64,000 nt of DNA, from the NCBI GenBank assembly GCA_030390025.1, contig CM059432.1, positions 89,840,001 to 89,904,000 on the forward strand, read 5' to 3'. The DNA is from Squalus acanthias (taxonomy: Eukaryota). The notes beneath the pieces are model-generated. The model saw only the letters and a program-made list of their open reading frames with translations, did not search any database and was not told the DNA's origin. The translations under genes and the position numbers were made by a program. This document shows positions 10,585 to 22,962 of the stretch, piece after piece (position 1 is the stretch's first letter; every line of letters begins with the position of its first letter).

Positions 10585-12145
10585 TCCTCTCCCTCTTCTT
10601 GGCCAACCACTGGCTGGGCAGGCTGCATTTCTTGCGTGTGTGAAATGAGGAAGGCACAAGGGTGGAGTTGTGGTGAGGGGAGAGTGGGAAAGCAAGAGGT
10701 GCATGCGAGAAGGAGGATAACGTATGAAGATACCAGCATCTTGTATCCTTTCTGCCCTGCCACTGGCCAAGGGATCAGCCATGCCCCCTCCAAGAATGGC
10801 CTGCACCGTCTCCTCCAAGTGGGTGAGGTGAGGCTAGCAATGGGAGATGTGCCTCGTGATTGGTACAGATTGTTGGTAGGTGAGTGTTTGGTGGGGGAGT
10901 TGTGCATTGAGCAGTGTGTGAGGCTCATGATGCAGTTGGTAGGAGACGGCTTTTGAAGATGCATTCACTGACCTTGACCAGTGGTCTGAGGTAATGAAGC
11001 TTCAATGGGCACTGGAGCCAGGTGGTGGGGGCAACACTGATGGCAGTGACAGCCTCGGTGATGTGGTCCCACATCGTTCTTTCTGGAGGGCCTCCTGGCT
11101 CCAGTGAGTACAGGGCTTCTCTTGCAGTGTTGATCCCCCTGCACAAAGCTGGAGTGCTGCGTGCGAGACCCTGGGTGACCCTTCCCTGGCTTGCTGAGCC
11201 ATTTGTGTTAGTGCTGAAGCAGTTTTCCCATTTTTTGAGGTTCGGAAGGGAATTCAGCTTTAAGTGCTGCAGACTCCCATTTGGGACTTCTTTTTAATGG
11301 TAAATTATTTTATTGAAAGGCAGTAAGGGCTGAAAGCTGTATTTTTTCACTACATTGTAATTTTTATTACTTCTGAATGCATTGCCCCTTTAATTCATAG
11401 CCCCTTTAATTGCCACAATGCCTTACTCCCAGAGGCTGTAAGAAGCAACAACATCGACTGTGGATGGGAACTTTGGGTTGGAGGCTACCAGTAGGGTGTT
11501 GCACGGTAAGTTAGCGCTGCGCTCCACATCGCCAACCCCCAGCGTGAATTTTTCAATGGTAGCGTTGCGGCCATTTTCGGAAGCCATTAACTCAAGTTGC
11601 CACTGACACCGGCAATTCTGTTGGCGCACACAAATTTTTCACCCTAAAGAACCTAAATATTGGCTATCTAGATACTTAACTTAGAGTCCTCCTTTTGAGT
11701 TGGACTTGAGAAACCGCCTCCACCGAATTCCTACTACCACCAAATTCTTCCACTCTGCTTGCGATCCACTCCGATTGCAATTCGCCCAGCTCTGTGCTCA
11801 AGCTCTATAATTTGAAGGTTATGTCCCTTTGTTCTGGACTCCCGCACCAGAGGAAATAATTTCTCTCTATCTACTCTATCAACTCCTTTAATCATCTTAA
11901 ACACCTCAACCATGCATACACAGGGATTTTTCCTGGGGAGGACAACAGCAGTTCCATCCAGGTAGTATGGACTTAGCAACTACAGTAGAAATATAACATT
12001 AGTCTCCCCTTCTCTATTTGTCTCATACGATTTCTCTCATTATTATCTCTGAATCCATTTGATTCTAACTGTTTTTCTTACTTTCTTTCTCTCTTTTTCA
12101 CTCACTCCTTCCCTCAGTCGCTTCTTTTGTGTCTCCCAATTTCTT

Positions 12146-12535
12146 GCATTTGCATTTGAACTTGCATTTTAGTAGCGCCTTTCACAATCTCAGGACAGCC
12201 CAGGGTGCTTCACAGCCAGTCAAGTACTTTTGAAATGCAGTCACAAATGAGATAATTGCCCAGATAATCATTTTTGGTTGTGTTTGTTGAGGATGAATGT
12301 TGGCCAGGCACTGGGACAAATCCTCTGCTCTTCTTCAAAAAGTACCAAAGGATCTTTTACACCAGACGGGTCCTTGGTTTAACATCTCATCCAAAAGGCA
12401 GCAGCTGCAACAGTGCAGCACTTCCTCAGTACTGCACTAAAGTGTCAGCCTAGATTAGGTACTCCAGTCTCTGGAGTGGGGCTTGAACACACAACCTTCT
12501 GATTCAGAGGGAAGAGTGCTAACGTTGAACCAGTG
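12146..12535 (-). mobile_element. tRNA-derived DeuSINE (SacSINE1-like)
   Basis: Minus strand: tRNA-like head (TTAGCACTCTTCCCTCTGAATCAGAAGGTTGTGTGTTCAAGCCCC), Deu-like core (GTGCAGTACTGAGGAAGTGCTGCACTG...GGATGAGATGTTAAACC), L2-like tail AAAGGCGCTACTAAAATGCAAG. Confidence 0.8.
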
Positions 12536-13283
12536 CTGTACATTACTCAGACACTTTCTCTTTCTCTCTGTTTGTATGTCGCTCCCTTTTTTTGCCTGTA
12601 TGTCTTTTTCTCTTTTTCTTTATGCTTCCCATTCCGTATGCTTCTTAGAAACATTTTTCTCCCTTTCTTTCTGTATGTCTCTTGCTCACACTTTCTTTCT
12701 ATCCTTTTCCTCTCACCTCCCATGTAGACCCGGTGCCAGATTTGAATTTCAAACCATCTGATAATTGCAAAAATTATCTTACATGGCAATAGCTATGAAG
12801 GAGGGAGTAGGGAACTGTGGCCGAGAGCTGTAAGAAACAAAGGCTGGACAGGGAGGGAGGCTCACGCGGAGAGGGTGTGGGGAACTACAGCGTGGAAAGG
12901 AGTGTGGTGCTAGGGCCTGGGCTGGGATACAGTACTAATTATGTGACCTAAGCTCCTGTAAATACTATGTTACTTAATGTTTTCATTTTGATTATGAAGA
13001 AAAAAATGTGGGCCTGTAATGCTCTTGTAATAGATGCACAGGTAAATGCACAAATAAAGGCCCAGGCAGTCATTCTTTTGGTGTAAATCAAAAAGGTGGG
13101 CAAGGAATCTAGGAACTGGCCAGCTTGTGAAGCTGACAGACGGGAAGGAGCAGAGGTCAAGATGCTGGCAGGGACTCAAGTCCAGAGGTAGCCAACTGTT
13201 GACGGTGGTCTTACTTCCTTAATGGCTTCTGTTAAAATGGTAGTGGTAATGCAACATCAGGAATTTGTCTGTTGGCATCTGAC

Positions 13284-14903
13284 TTTTTTTTAAATTTGTT
13301 CCTGGGATGTGGGCATTGCTGGCAAGGCCAGCATTTATTGCCCATCCCTAATTGTCCTTGAGAAGGTGGTGGTGAGCCGCCTTCTTGAACCGCTGCAGTC
13401 CGTGTGGTGAAGTTACTTCCACAGTGCTGTTAGGGAGGGAGTTCCAGGATTTTGACCCAGCAACGATGAAGGAACCACGATATATTTCCAAGTCAGGATG
13501 GTGTGTAACTTGGAGGGGAACTTGCAGGTGATGGTGTTCCCATGCACCTGCTGCTCTTGTCCTTCTAGGTGGTAGAGGTCGCGGGTTTGGGAGGTGCTGC
13601 CAAAGAAGCTTTGGCGAGTTGCTGCAGTGCATTTTGTAGATGGTACACACTGCAGCCACAGTACGCCAGTGGTGGAGGGAGTGAATGTTTAATGGATTGA
13701 AAATTGGTTAACAGATAGGAAACAGAGAGTAGAAATAATTGGGTCTTTTTCGGGGTGGCTGGCGGTGACTAGTGGGGTACCGCAGGGATTAATGCTTGGA
13801 CCCCAGCAATTCACAATATATATCAATGATTTGGATGAGGGAATCAAATGTAATATTTCCAAGTTTGCTGACAACACGAAACTAGGTTGGGATGGTGAGT
13901 TGTGAGGAGGATGCAAAGAGGCTTCAAGGCGATTTAGACAAGTTGAGTGAGTGGGCAAATTCATGGCAGATGCAGTATAACGTGGATAAATGTGAAGTTA
14001 TCCACTTCGGTAGGAAAAACAGAAAGGCAGAGTATTATTTCAATGGTGATAGATTGGGAAATGTTGATGTACAAAGGGACTTGGGTGTCCTTGTACACCA
14101 GTCACTGAAAGCAAACATGCAGGTGCAGCAAGCAGTTAGGAAGGCAAATGGTATGTTGGCCTTCATTGCAAGAGGATTTGAGTAGAGGAGCAAGGATGTC
14201 TTGCTACAGTTATACAGGGCCTTGGTGAGACTACACCTGGAGTACTGTGTGCAGTTTTGGTCTCCTTACCTAAGAAAAGATATACTTGCCATAGAGGGAG
14301 TGCAGCGAAGGTTCACCAGACTGATTCCTGGGATGGCAGGACTGTCGTATGAGGAGAGATTGGGTCAACTAGGCCTGTATTCACTAGAGTTGAGAAGAAT
14401 GAGAGGGGATCTCATTGAAATGTATAAAATTCTGACAGGGCTAGACAGACTGGATGCAGGGAGGATGTTTCCCCTGGCTGGGGGGTCTAGAACGTGGGGT
14501 CACAGTCTCAGGATACGGGGTAGGACATTTAGGACTGAGATGAGGAGAAATTTCTTCACTCAGAGGGTAGTGAACCTATGTAATTCTCTACCACAGAAGG
14601 CTGTGGAGGCCAAGTCACTGAATATATTTAAAAAGGAGATAGATAGATTTCTAGATGCAAAAGGTGTCAAGGGGTATGGGGAGAGAGCGAGAATATGATA
14701 TTGAGATAGAGGATCAGCCATGATCATATTGAATGGCGGAGCAGGCTCGAAGGTCTGAATGGCCTACTCCTGCTCCTATTTTTCAATGCTTCTATGGTGG
14801 ATGAGGTGCCAATCAAGCAGGCTGCTTTGTCCTGGATGGTGTCGAGCTTCTTGAGTGTTGTTGGAGCTGCACTCATCCAGGCAAGTGGAGAGTATTCTAT
14901 CAC
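13284..14903 (-). mobile_element. Second non-LTR family (CR1/Jockey-group) 3' part, split by a CR1 (pieces 13284-13690 and 14798-14903)
   Basis: C-terminus ...SKSWNSLPNSTV...LQRFKKAAHHHLLK with an A-rich tail. Same family at 18926-20682, 21405-21635 and 23915-24870. Confidence 0.8.
13691..14797 (+). mobile_element. 5'-truncated CR1 LINE
   Basis: RT C-half and C-terminus (LEYCVQFWSP, RRMRGDLIE, FFTQRVV) with 3'UTR ending cttctatg. Confidence 0.93.
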
Positions 14904-15245
14904 GTTGGCATTTTAATACCCCAGGTATTAAAAGAAATAGGTGAGGAAATTGCAGATGTGTTAGTCATAATTTTCCAAAGCTGTCTGGATTCGGGAATTG
15001 TGCCTTTAGATTGGAAAATTGCAAATATCACTCCAGAAGACTACAGCCCTGTCAGTTTAACATCAGTTGTGGGGAAATTCGGGAATCTATCATCAGGGAC
15101 AGAGTATCTTAGCACTTGGACAAGTATGAGTTGACCAAAGTGAGTCAGCATGGATTTATGATGGGTAGGTCATGTCTGATTAATCTAGTTGAATTCACTA
15201 CCATGCTGCATTGGGGAGTGTCTATGCATGTTGTTTATATGGAGT

Positions 15246-18200
15246 AGAAACATAGAAACATAGAAAATAGGTGCAGGAGTAGACCATTCGGTCCTTCGAG
15301 CCTGCACCGCCATTTAATGCGTTCATGGCTGAACATGCTACCTCAGTACCCCATTCCTGCTTTCTCGCCATACCCCTTGATCCCCCTAGTTGTGAGTATT
15401 ATATCTAACTCCCTTTTGAATATATTTAGCGAACTGGCCTCAACAACCTTCTGTGGTAGAGAATTCCACAGATTCACCACTCTCTGGGTGAAGAAGTTCC
15501 TCCTCATCTCAGTCTTAAATGGCTTCCCCTTTATCCTTAGACTGTGACCCCTGGTTTTAGTTTTCCCTAACATTGGAAACATTCTGCCCGCATCTAATTT
15601 GTCTAAACCAGTCAGGATTTTAAACGTCTCTATAAGATCCCCCCTCATTCTTCTGAACTCCAGAGGATACAAGTTCAGTTGATCCAGTCTTTCTTGATAT
15701 GTCAGTCTGGCCATCCCAGGAATCAATCTAGTGAACCTTCATTGCACTCCCTCAATAGCAAGAATGTCCTTCCTCAAGTTAGGAGACCAAAACTGCACAC
15801 AATACTCCAGGTGTGGCCTCACCAAGGCCCTGTACAACTGTAGCATCACCTCCCTACTCCTGTACTCAAATCCCCTTGCTATGAAGGCCATCATGCCATT
15901 TGCTTTCTTGACTGCCTGCTGCACTTGCCTTCCCACCTTCAGTGACTGATGTACCATGACGCCCAGGTCTTGTTGCACCTCCCCTTTCCCTAATCTGCCA
16001 CCATTCAGGTAATAGTCCGCCTCTCTATTTTTACCACCAAAGTGGATAACCTCACATTTATCCACATTGTACTTCATCTGCCATACATTTGCCCATTCAC
16101 CCAACCTGTCCAAGTCACTCTGTAGCCTCCTAGCATCCTCCTCATTGTTCACACTGCCTCCCAATTTAGTGTCATCCGCAAATTTGGAGATATTACATTT
16201 AATCCCTTCGTCCAAATCATTAATATATAATGTAAACAGCTGGGGTCCCAGCACCGAACCCTGCGGTACCCCGCTGGTCACTGCCTGCCATTCTGAAAAG
16301 TACCCATTTACTCCTACTCTTTGTTTCCTGTGTGCCAACCAGTTCTGAATCCACGTCAACACATTACCCCCAATCCCATGTGCTTTAACTTTGCTCACCA
16401 ATCTCTTGTGTGGGACCTTGTCGAAGGCCTTCTGAAAGTCCAAATACACCACATCTACTGGTTCCCCCCTGTCCACCCTATTGGAAACATCCTCAAAAAA
16501 TTCCAGAAGATTTGTCAAGCATGATTTCCCTTTCACAAATCCATGCTGACTTGGACCTATCATGTCGCCACTTTCCAAATGGTCTGTTATGACATCTTTA
16601 ATAATTGCTTCCATCATTTTACCCACGACCGATGTCAGGCTGACCGGTCTATAATTCCCTGCTTTCTCCCTCCCTCCTTTTTTAAAAAGAGGGGTTACAT
16701 TGGCCACCTTCCATTCCATCGGAACTGATCCGGAGTCTAAGGAATGTTGGAAAATTATCGTCAATGCATCCACTATTTCCAAGGCCACCTCCTTAAGTAC
16801 TCTGGGATGCAGACCATCAGGCCCCGGGGATTTTTCAGCCTTCAGTCCCATCAATTTCCCCAATACCTTTTCCCGACTAATAAGGATTTCCCTCAGCTCC
16901 TCCCTCTTACCAGATCCTCTGACCCCTTTTATTTCCGGCAGGTTGTGTGTGTCCTCCACAGTAAACACCGAACCAAAGTACTTGTTCAATTGATCTGCCA
17001 TTTCTTTGTTCCCCATTACGACTTCCCCTGTTTCCGACTGCAGGGGACCTACGTTTGTTTTTACTAACCTCTTTCTTTTTACATATTTATAGAAGCTTTT
17101 GCAGTCCATTTTAATGTTCTCTGCAAGCTTCCTTTCATATTTTATTTTCCCTGCCCTAATCAAACCCTTCGTCCTCCTCTGCTGAGTTTTGAAGTTCTCC
17201 CAGTCCCCGGGTTTGCTGCTACTTCTGTCCAATTTGTATGCAACTTCCTTGGTTTTAATACTATCCCTGATTTCCCTTGTTAGCCATGGTTGAGCCACCT
17301 TCCCTTTTTTATTTTTTACGCCAGACCGGGATGTACAATTGTTGTAGTTCATCCATGCGATCTCTAAATGTCTGCCATTGCCCTTCCACTGATAGCCCCT
17401 TAAATATCGCTTGCCAATTTAACCTCGCCAATTCACGCCTCATACCCTCAAAGTTGCCCTTATTTAAGTTCTGGACCATGGTCTCTGACTTAACTGTTTC
17501 CTTCTCCATCCTAATGTAGAACTCCACCATACTATGGTCACTCTTCCCCAGGGGGCCTCGTACCACAAGAGTGCTGATTAGTCCTTCCTCATTACACAAC
17601 ACTCAGTCCAGGATGGCCTCCCCTCGAGTTGGTTCCTCAACATATTGGTTTAGGAAACCATCCCTTAAACACTCCAGGAAATCCTCCTCCACCGTATTGC
17701 TTCCAGTTTGAGTAGCCCAACCTGTATGCATATTAAAGTCACCCATGATAACTGCTGCGCCTTTTTTGCATGCACCTCTGATTTCCTGTTTCATACCCTC
17801 CCCCACCTCACTACTACTGTTTGGAGGTCTGTACACAACCCCCACTAACGTTTTCTGCCCTTTGGTGTTCTGCAGCTCAACCAATATTGATTCCACATCC
17901 TCCAAGCTAATGTCCTTCCTAGCTATTGCAGTAATCTCCTCTTTAACCAGCAATGCTACCCCACCCCCTTTTCCTTTTATTCTATCCTTCCTGAATGTTG
18001 AATACCCCTGGATATTCAGTTCCCAGCCTTGATTGTTCTGGAGCCACGTCTCTGTAATCCCAATCACATCATATCCGTTAACATCAATTTGCACAGTCAA
18101 TTCATCCACCTTATTACGGATACTCCTTGCATTAAGACACAGAGCCTTTAGGCTTGTTTTATTAACACCCTTTGTCCTTTTAGACTTATGATTTAGTATG

Positions 18201-18570
18201 GCCCTTTGTGTTTCTTGTCATTGTTTACTCGGATTTCCCTTATTGTTTCTCACCCTTCTAACATTTGTTTCTGACTGCATATTACTTCCCCCTGTTTCGC
18301 TACATAGGTTCCCATTCCCCTGCCATATTAGTTTAAATCCTCCCGAACTGCCTTAGCAAATATTACCCCGAGGACATCGGTTCCAGTCCTGCCCAAGTGC
18401 AGACCGTCCCTTTTGTACAGGTCCCACTTCCCCCAGAACTGGTTCCAATGCCTCAGGTATTTGAATCCCTCCCTCCTGCACCACTGCTCAAGCCACGTAT
18501 TTAATCTCGCTATCCTGTTCATGCTACTCTGATTAGCACGTGGCACTGGTAGCAACCCAGAGATTACTAT
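15246..18570 (-). mobile_element. Young CR1 LINE, 5'-truncated within ORF1, near-complete ORF2
   Basis: ORF1 esterase-type end (VISGLLPVP...RDGLHL...EDLN*, 18328-18570), APE endonuclease (ITETWL, VVYRPPN, IMGDFN, SDH), RT (LDFQKAFD, PQGSVLGP, FADD) and (TTTCTATG)n tail. Confidence 0.97.
15343..18337 (-). pseudogene. CR1 ORF2 (endonuclease + reverse transcriptase) with four lesions
   Basis: In-frame TGA stops at 18218-18220, 17603-17605 (Trp position) and 15739-15741 (Arg position), plus a +1 A in an A-run near 17315. Otherwise continuous. Confidence 0.9.
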
Positions 18571-18925
18571 CTTTGGCTTTTGATAAGGTTCTGCATGACA
18601 GATTATTAGCAAAAATAAAAGTGCACAGAATTAGAGGTAACCTTGTGACATGGGTTGGTAATTGGTTGGGAGGTAGGAGACAGAGAATAGGGATAACGGG
18701 AGTGTATTCTGATTGGTTGGATGTGACAAGTGGTATTCCCCAGGGATCTGTACTGGGGTCTCAGCTTTTCACCGTGTTTATATCAATGAATTGAATGAAG
18801 GAATGGAGAGTTGTATACCCAAGTTTGCAGATGACACTAAGTTAGGAGGCACAGTAAGTAGATGGAAGCAGCAAATTGCAAAGAGACGTAAACACATTAA
18901 GTAAATGGGCAAAACTGTGGCAGTT

Positions 18926-20682
18926 CGCTACGTCTCCATCACCATCAAGACAGGTGACCAAGCCTGGTTCAATGAGGAATGTAGAAGAGCATGCCAGGTG
19001 TACCACCAGGCGTACCTAAAATGAGGTGCCAACCTGGTGAAACTACAACAACATGCATGCTAAACAGTGAAAGCAGCATGCTATAGATAAAGCTAAACGA
19101 TTCCACCACCAACGGATCAAGTCAGCCCAGCATGCAAGTACAAAAGACAAGGCTGAAGTGTTTGCAACCGTCTTCAGCCAAAAGTGTAGAGTGCATGATC
19201 CTTCTCGGCCTCCTCTTGTCGTCCCCACCATCACAGATGCCAGTCTTCTGCCAATTTGATTCACTCCACATGACATCAAGAAACAGCTGAATGCACTGGA
19301 CACAACAACGGCTACAGGCCTCAACAACATCTCAACTGCAGTGTGGAAGACCTGTGCTCCATAACTAGCCACACACTTAGCTAAGCTGTTCCAGTACCGC
19401 TACAACATGGGCATCTACCCAAAAATGTGCAAAATTGCCAGGTATGTCCTGTGCAACGTTTCCTCTAAGCTGCAAGGCCACGCCGTGCTCTGCCAGTCCC
19501 ACGCAGCCCCGGACCGGCTTTTCCCATGTTAAATTTCGCACACTGCGCGACACTGTGAATGGGCCGCACAGCCCCTTAAAGGGGCCACGCACCCAAAAAA
19601 GAAATTAGGGGAACATTTGTTCTGTCCACAAAAAACTGAACAAATCCAATCTGGCCAATTACCACCCTTTCAGCCTACTCTTAATCATCAGCAGATTGTT
19701 GGAAAGGGTCATCAACAGTGCTATCAAGCGGCACTTCCTCATCAATAACCTGCTCACCGATGCACAGTTTGGGATCTGCCCCATACCACTCAGCTCCATA
19801 CCTCATTACAGCCGTGGTCCAAACATAAACACAACAACTGAATTCCAGAGGTGAGGTGAGGGTGACGGCCCTTGACGTTAGGGAGCATTTGACTGAGTGT
19901 AGCACCAAGGAGCCCTCATAAAATTGAAGTCAATGGGGATTGGGGAGAAACTCTTCACTGGCTGGAGTCATACCCAGCACAAAGGAAGATGCTTGTGGTC
20001 ATTGGATGCCAATCATTTCAGCCCCAGGACATCGCTGCAGGAGTTCCTCAGAACAGGTCAGAAGTGGGGATGTTCGCTGATGATTGCACAGTGTTCAGTT
20101 CCATTTGCAACTCCTCAGATAATAAAGCAGTCCATGCCCGCATGCAGCAAGATCTGGACAACATCCAGTTTTGGGCTGATAAGTGGTAAGTAACATTTGC
20201 TCAACACAAGTGTTGGGCAATGACCATCTCCAACAAGAGAAAGCATAACCACCACCCATGACATTCAATGGCATTACTATCAGCGGGTCCCTCATCATCA
20301 ACATCCTGGGAGTCACCATTGACCAAAAACTGAACTGGACCAGCAACATCAATGCCATGACTACTAGAGCAGGTCAGAGGCTGGGTATTCTGCAGCGAAT
20401 GGCTCACCTCCTGACTCCCCAAAGCCTCTGAACCACAAGTAAGGAGTGTGATGAAATAATCTCCACGCGCCTGGATGAGTGCAGCTCCAACAATACTCAA
20501 GAAGCTCCAAACTATCCAACACAAAGCAGCCCGCTTGATTGGCACCCCATCCACCACCTTAAACACCCAGTCCCTCCACCACTGGCGCACCGTGGCTGTA
20601 GTACGTATTATCTACAGGATGCACTGCAGCAACTCGCCAAAGCTTCTTCAGCAGCACCTCCCAAACTCGGAACTCCACCACT
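18926..20682 (+). mobile_element. Second non-LTR family, degraded RT region
   Basis: QPQDIAAGVPQ, EVGMFADDCTVF and IQHKAARLIG motifs with deletions and frameshifts. Confidence 0.8.
19454..19618. mobile_element. hAT-type MITE (about 165 bp)
   Basis: TIRs CAACGTTTCCTCTAA / TTAGGGGAACATTT with a degenerate 8-bp TSD gtcctgtg / gttctgtc. Homologous to 24225-24388. Confidence 0.8.
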
Positions 20683-21404
20683 TAGATAACATTTTGGATA
20701 CAAGAATTACAAATCGGAATATTTTCTTAGTGATGAGAGATTAGGAAATGTGGAGGAGCAGAGAGTCTTTGGGTGTCCATGTACACAAATCACCAAAAGC
20801 TAGTGAACAGGTACAAAAGTAATCAAAAAGGCAAATGGAATGTTGGCCTTTATCTCAAAGGAGCTGGAATACAAAGGGGAGGAAGATAAGCTTCAGTATG
20901 CCTTGGAGACCACATCTGGAGTGCTGCATTTAGTTTTGGGCACCAAACCTCAGATTGGATATATTAGCCTTGGAGGGGTAGAGTGTAGATTCACCAGAAT
21001 AATAATAGGAATTAAAGGATTAAATTATGAGGATAGGTTGCATATACTTGGCTTGTATTCCCTTGAGTTTAAAAGGTTGAGGGCTGAGATACTTGAGGAG
21101 TTCGATAGGATAGATATTTCCTCTGGTTGGGGAATCCAGAACAAGGAGGCACAATCTTCAAATTGGAGCCAGGCCATACAGGAGGGAAATCAGGAAGCAC
21201 ATTTTCACACAAAGGATAGTGGAAATCTAAAACTTTCTGCCCCAAAAAGACTCAGATCGATATATTTTTGTTAGGTAAGAGTATCAAGGAATATGCATCA
21301 AAGACAATTAAATGGATTTGAGGTACAGATTAGCCATGATCTAATTGAATGCATTAATAGTCATGGACCAATCAATTCACAGAAAATAGATAGACAGACA
21401 TGGA

Positions 21405-21635
21405 ATCAAGTCACCCACCATCTTGACTTGGGCATATATCACCATCCCTTCATTTATGCTGGGTCAAAATCCTGGTACTCCTTACCTAACAGCACTGTGG
21501 GAGTACCTTCGCCACATGGACTGCAGTGGTTGAAGAAGGCAGCTCACCACCACCTTCTCAAGGGCAATTAGGGATGGGCAATAAATGCTGGCCTTGCCAG
21601 CGACGCCCACATTCCAGGAACGAATAAATAAAAAA
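21405..21635 (+). mobile_element. Second non-LTR family 3' end
   Basis: QVTHHLDL...AGSKSWYSLPNSTVGVPSPHGLQWLKKAAHHHLLKGN* followed by an A-rich tail. Confidence 0.85.
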
Positions 21636-22914
21636 GTTTTAAAAAGGACTGATACTGGACAGACACATTTTTTTTAAATAATCAAATTTAATCAGCTCCA
21701 ACCTACATCCTGGCCATTTTGTATAATTCAATTGACTTTTGATGTTTCTGTTCTGTGTAATTTATCCAAGTACAGCAGTAACCCTCTAATTGTTCTGATG
21801 GTTAGAGGGAGTTGTCTCCCTGTCAAGAATGTAGATCTGTACGAGAACTGAAAGGTGTTAACAAAGCAGTTCCACAGCGTTTGAGTGATTTGAGCAGCAT
21901 AGCTCCCATAGAATCAGTGCTCACTATTTTAGTAACCAGTCTTTCTTTAAGGCATTCCCTGTCACCTCCTCAGTACATTTTAGCCCTTTCCCTGATATGT
22001 TTGCCATCTCATCCTCCTTCTGAGCGGAACTGAGTTTTATACCTGCCCCATTGCTGTCTGCCACCACTAGTGAAGGACACCTTCCCCTAACTGTAAAATA
22101 ATGCACATTCACTGTGCTGGAGGTGTTATAGCTTTTATTTTTAAAGACTGTTGACATGGACATAATTCTTAATTTTTAAGACATTCGTCTTACACTTGCA
22201 AATGGATCTCCTGATTGGTTATGTAGGATTTCAGCGACAATATTTAGAATGTTTATTAAAGAATGCTATGTTCTAATTTTGCTACTTCAGGAACTTTAAT
22301 TTTAATTTTCAGATAAAATATCTTTACCAGCAAACTGTATCACCACATATCAGGTATACTTAGGTGTGAGATTTATATCTTTGTATCTTCCTTCTATATT
22401 GTGGTCTAAGCTGAGACACATGCTATAGATAGTTAATCTATCCCTTTACTATATATCACATTCATAAAATAGATTTTGAAAGAGTTTTTGTGTTTGGTAT
22501 TCAGCTTTATATCTTTATTTATACAGAAAGTACAAACTAAAAATGTTGAATTGAGTATTGTATCACATATCCTCTCAGGAAACAGTGAAAATATCTTTTA
22601 TATTTCTGAACATATGCTGTCATGAAAAATTGTTTTAAAGTTGTATTTTAAATGTGTGTTAGAAATAGAATAAATGATGACCAGCACTGAAGTTTGATAA
22701 ATATCTCTACTCCAAAGAATGACCATAACCCACTACTGGTTCCTTCACTGGTGAGTTATCAGCCCAGCTTACCAAAAACACTCACACACTCTGCTTTTTG
22801 TCTTACCATTTTACAAACAAAAACAAAAAAAGTTAAAGTACATATGCATACGCCATGTGAATAATGATCACATGCCCAACAACAGTGTCTAATGCAATTA
22901 TCCACATCTGCATT

Positions 22915-22962
22915 CTTAATTAACCACATGTGGTTAGTGGCTAACGTATTGAACAACACTGG
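22915..22962. mobile_element. Possible hAT-Charlie-like terminal remnant
   Basis: ccacatgtggttagtggctaacgtattgaacaacactg resembles Charlie/MER3-type ends (recall). The other end was not identified. Confidence 0.3.

Larger units (their letters stand above)
9405..11644. mobile_element. Deleted Harbinger element: transposase 3' end (+, about 10030-10190) and Myb/SANT exon 1 (-, about 10972-11202), convergent
   Basis: TIRs GGGGGAGAAATT / AATTTTTCACCC with aaa / taa flanks. Acidic tail plus DIRDRIIRLQ at the transposase end; MWDHITEAVTAISVAPTTWLQC...VK|gtcagt Myb exon. Confidence 0.8.
7211..11800 (-). mobile_element. Internally deleted CR1 LINE (5'UTR + start of ORF1 fused to RT half of ORF2), hosting a SINE and a Harbinger
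   Basis: Tail at 7211; RT motifs in ORFs 7514-8026, 8480-8776 and 8866-9144 (YMDFSKAFDKVPH, VPQGSVLGP, NYRPVSLTS); ORF1-like start AGHLSPVECTS at about 9250-9285; probable 5'UTR at 9290-9404 and 11645-11800. Confidence 0.8.
14915..21350 (+). mobile_element. Old CR1 ORF2 relic in three pieces (14915-15243, 18571-18925, 20683-21350)
   Basis: Collinear RT motifs YSPVSLTS..QHGF..VVYM | AFDKV..GIPQGSVLG..KFADDTKL | GMLAFISK..GLYSLEFKRLRA, separated by two younger insertions. Confidence 0.8.
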
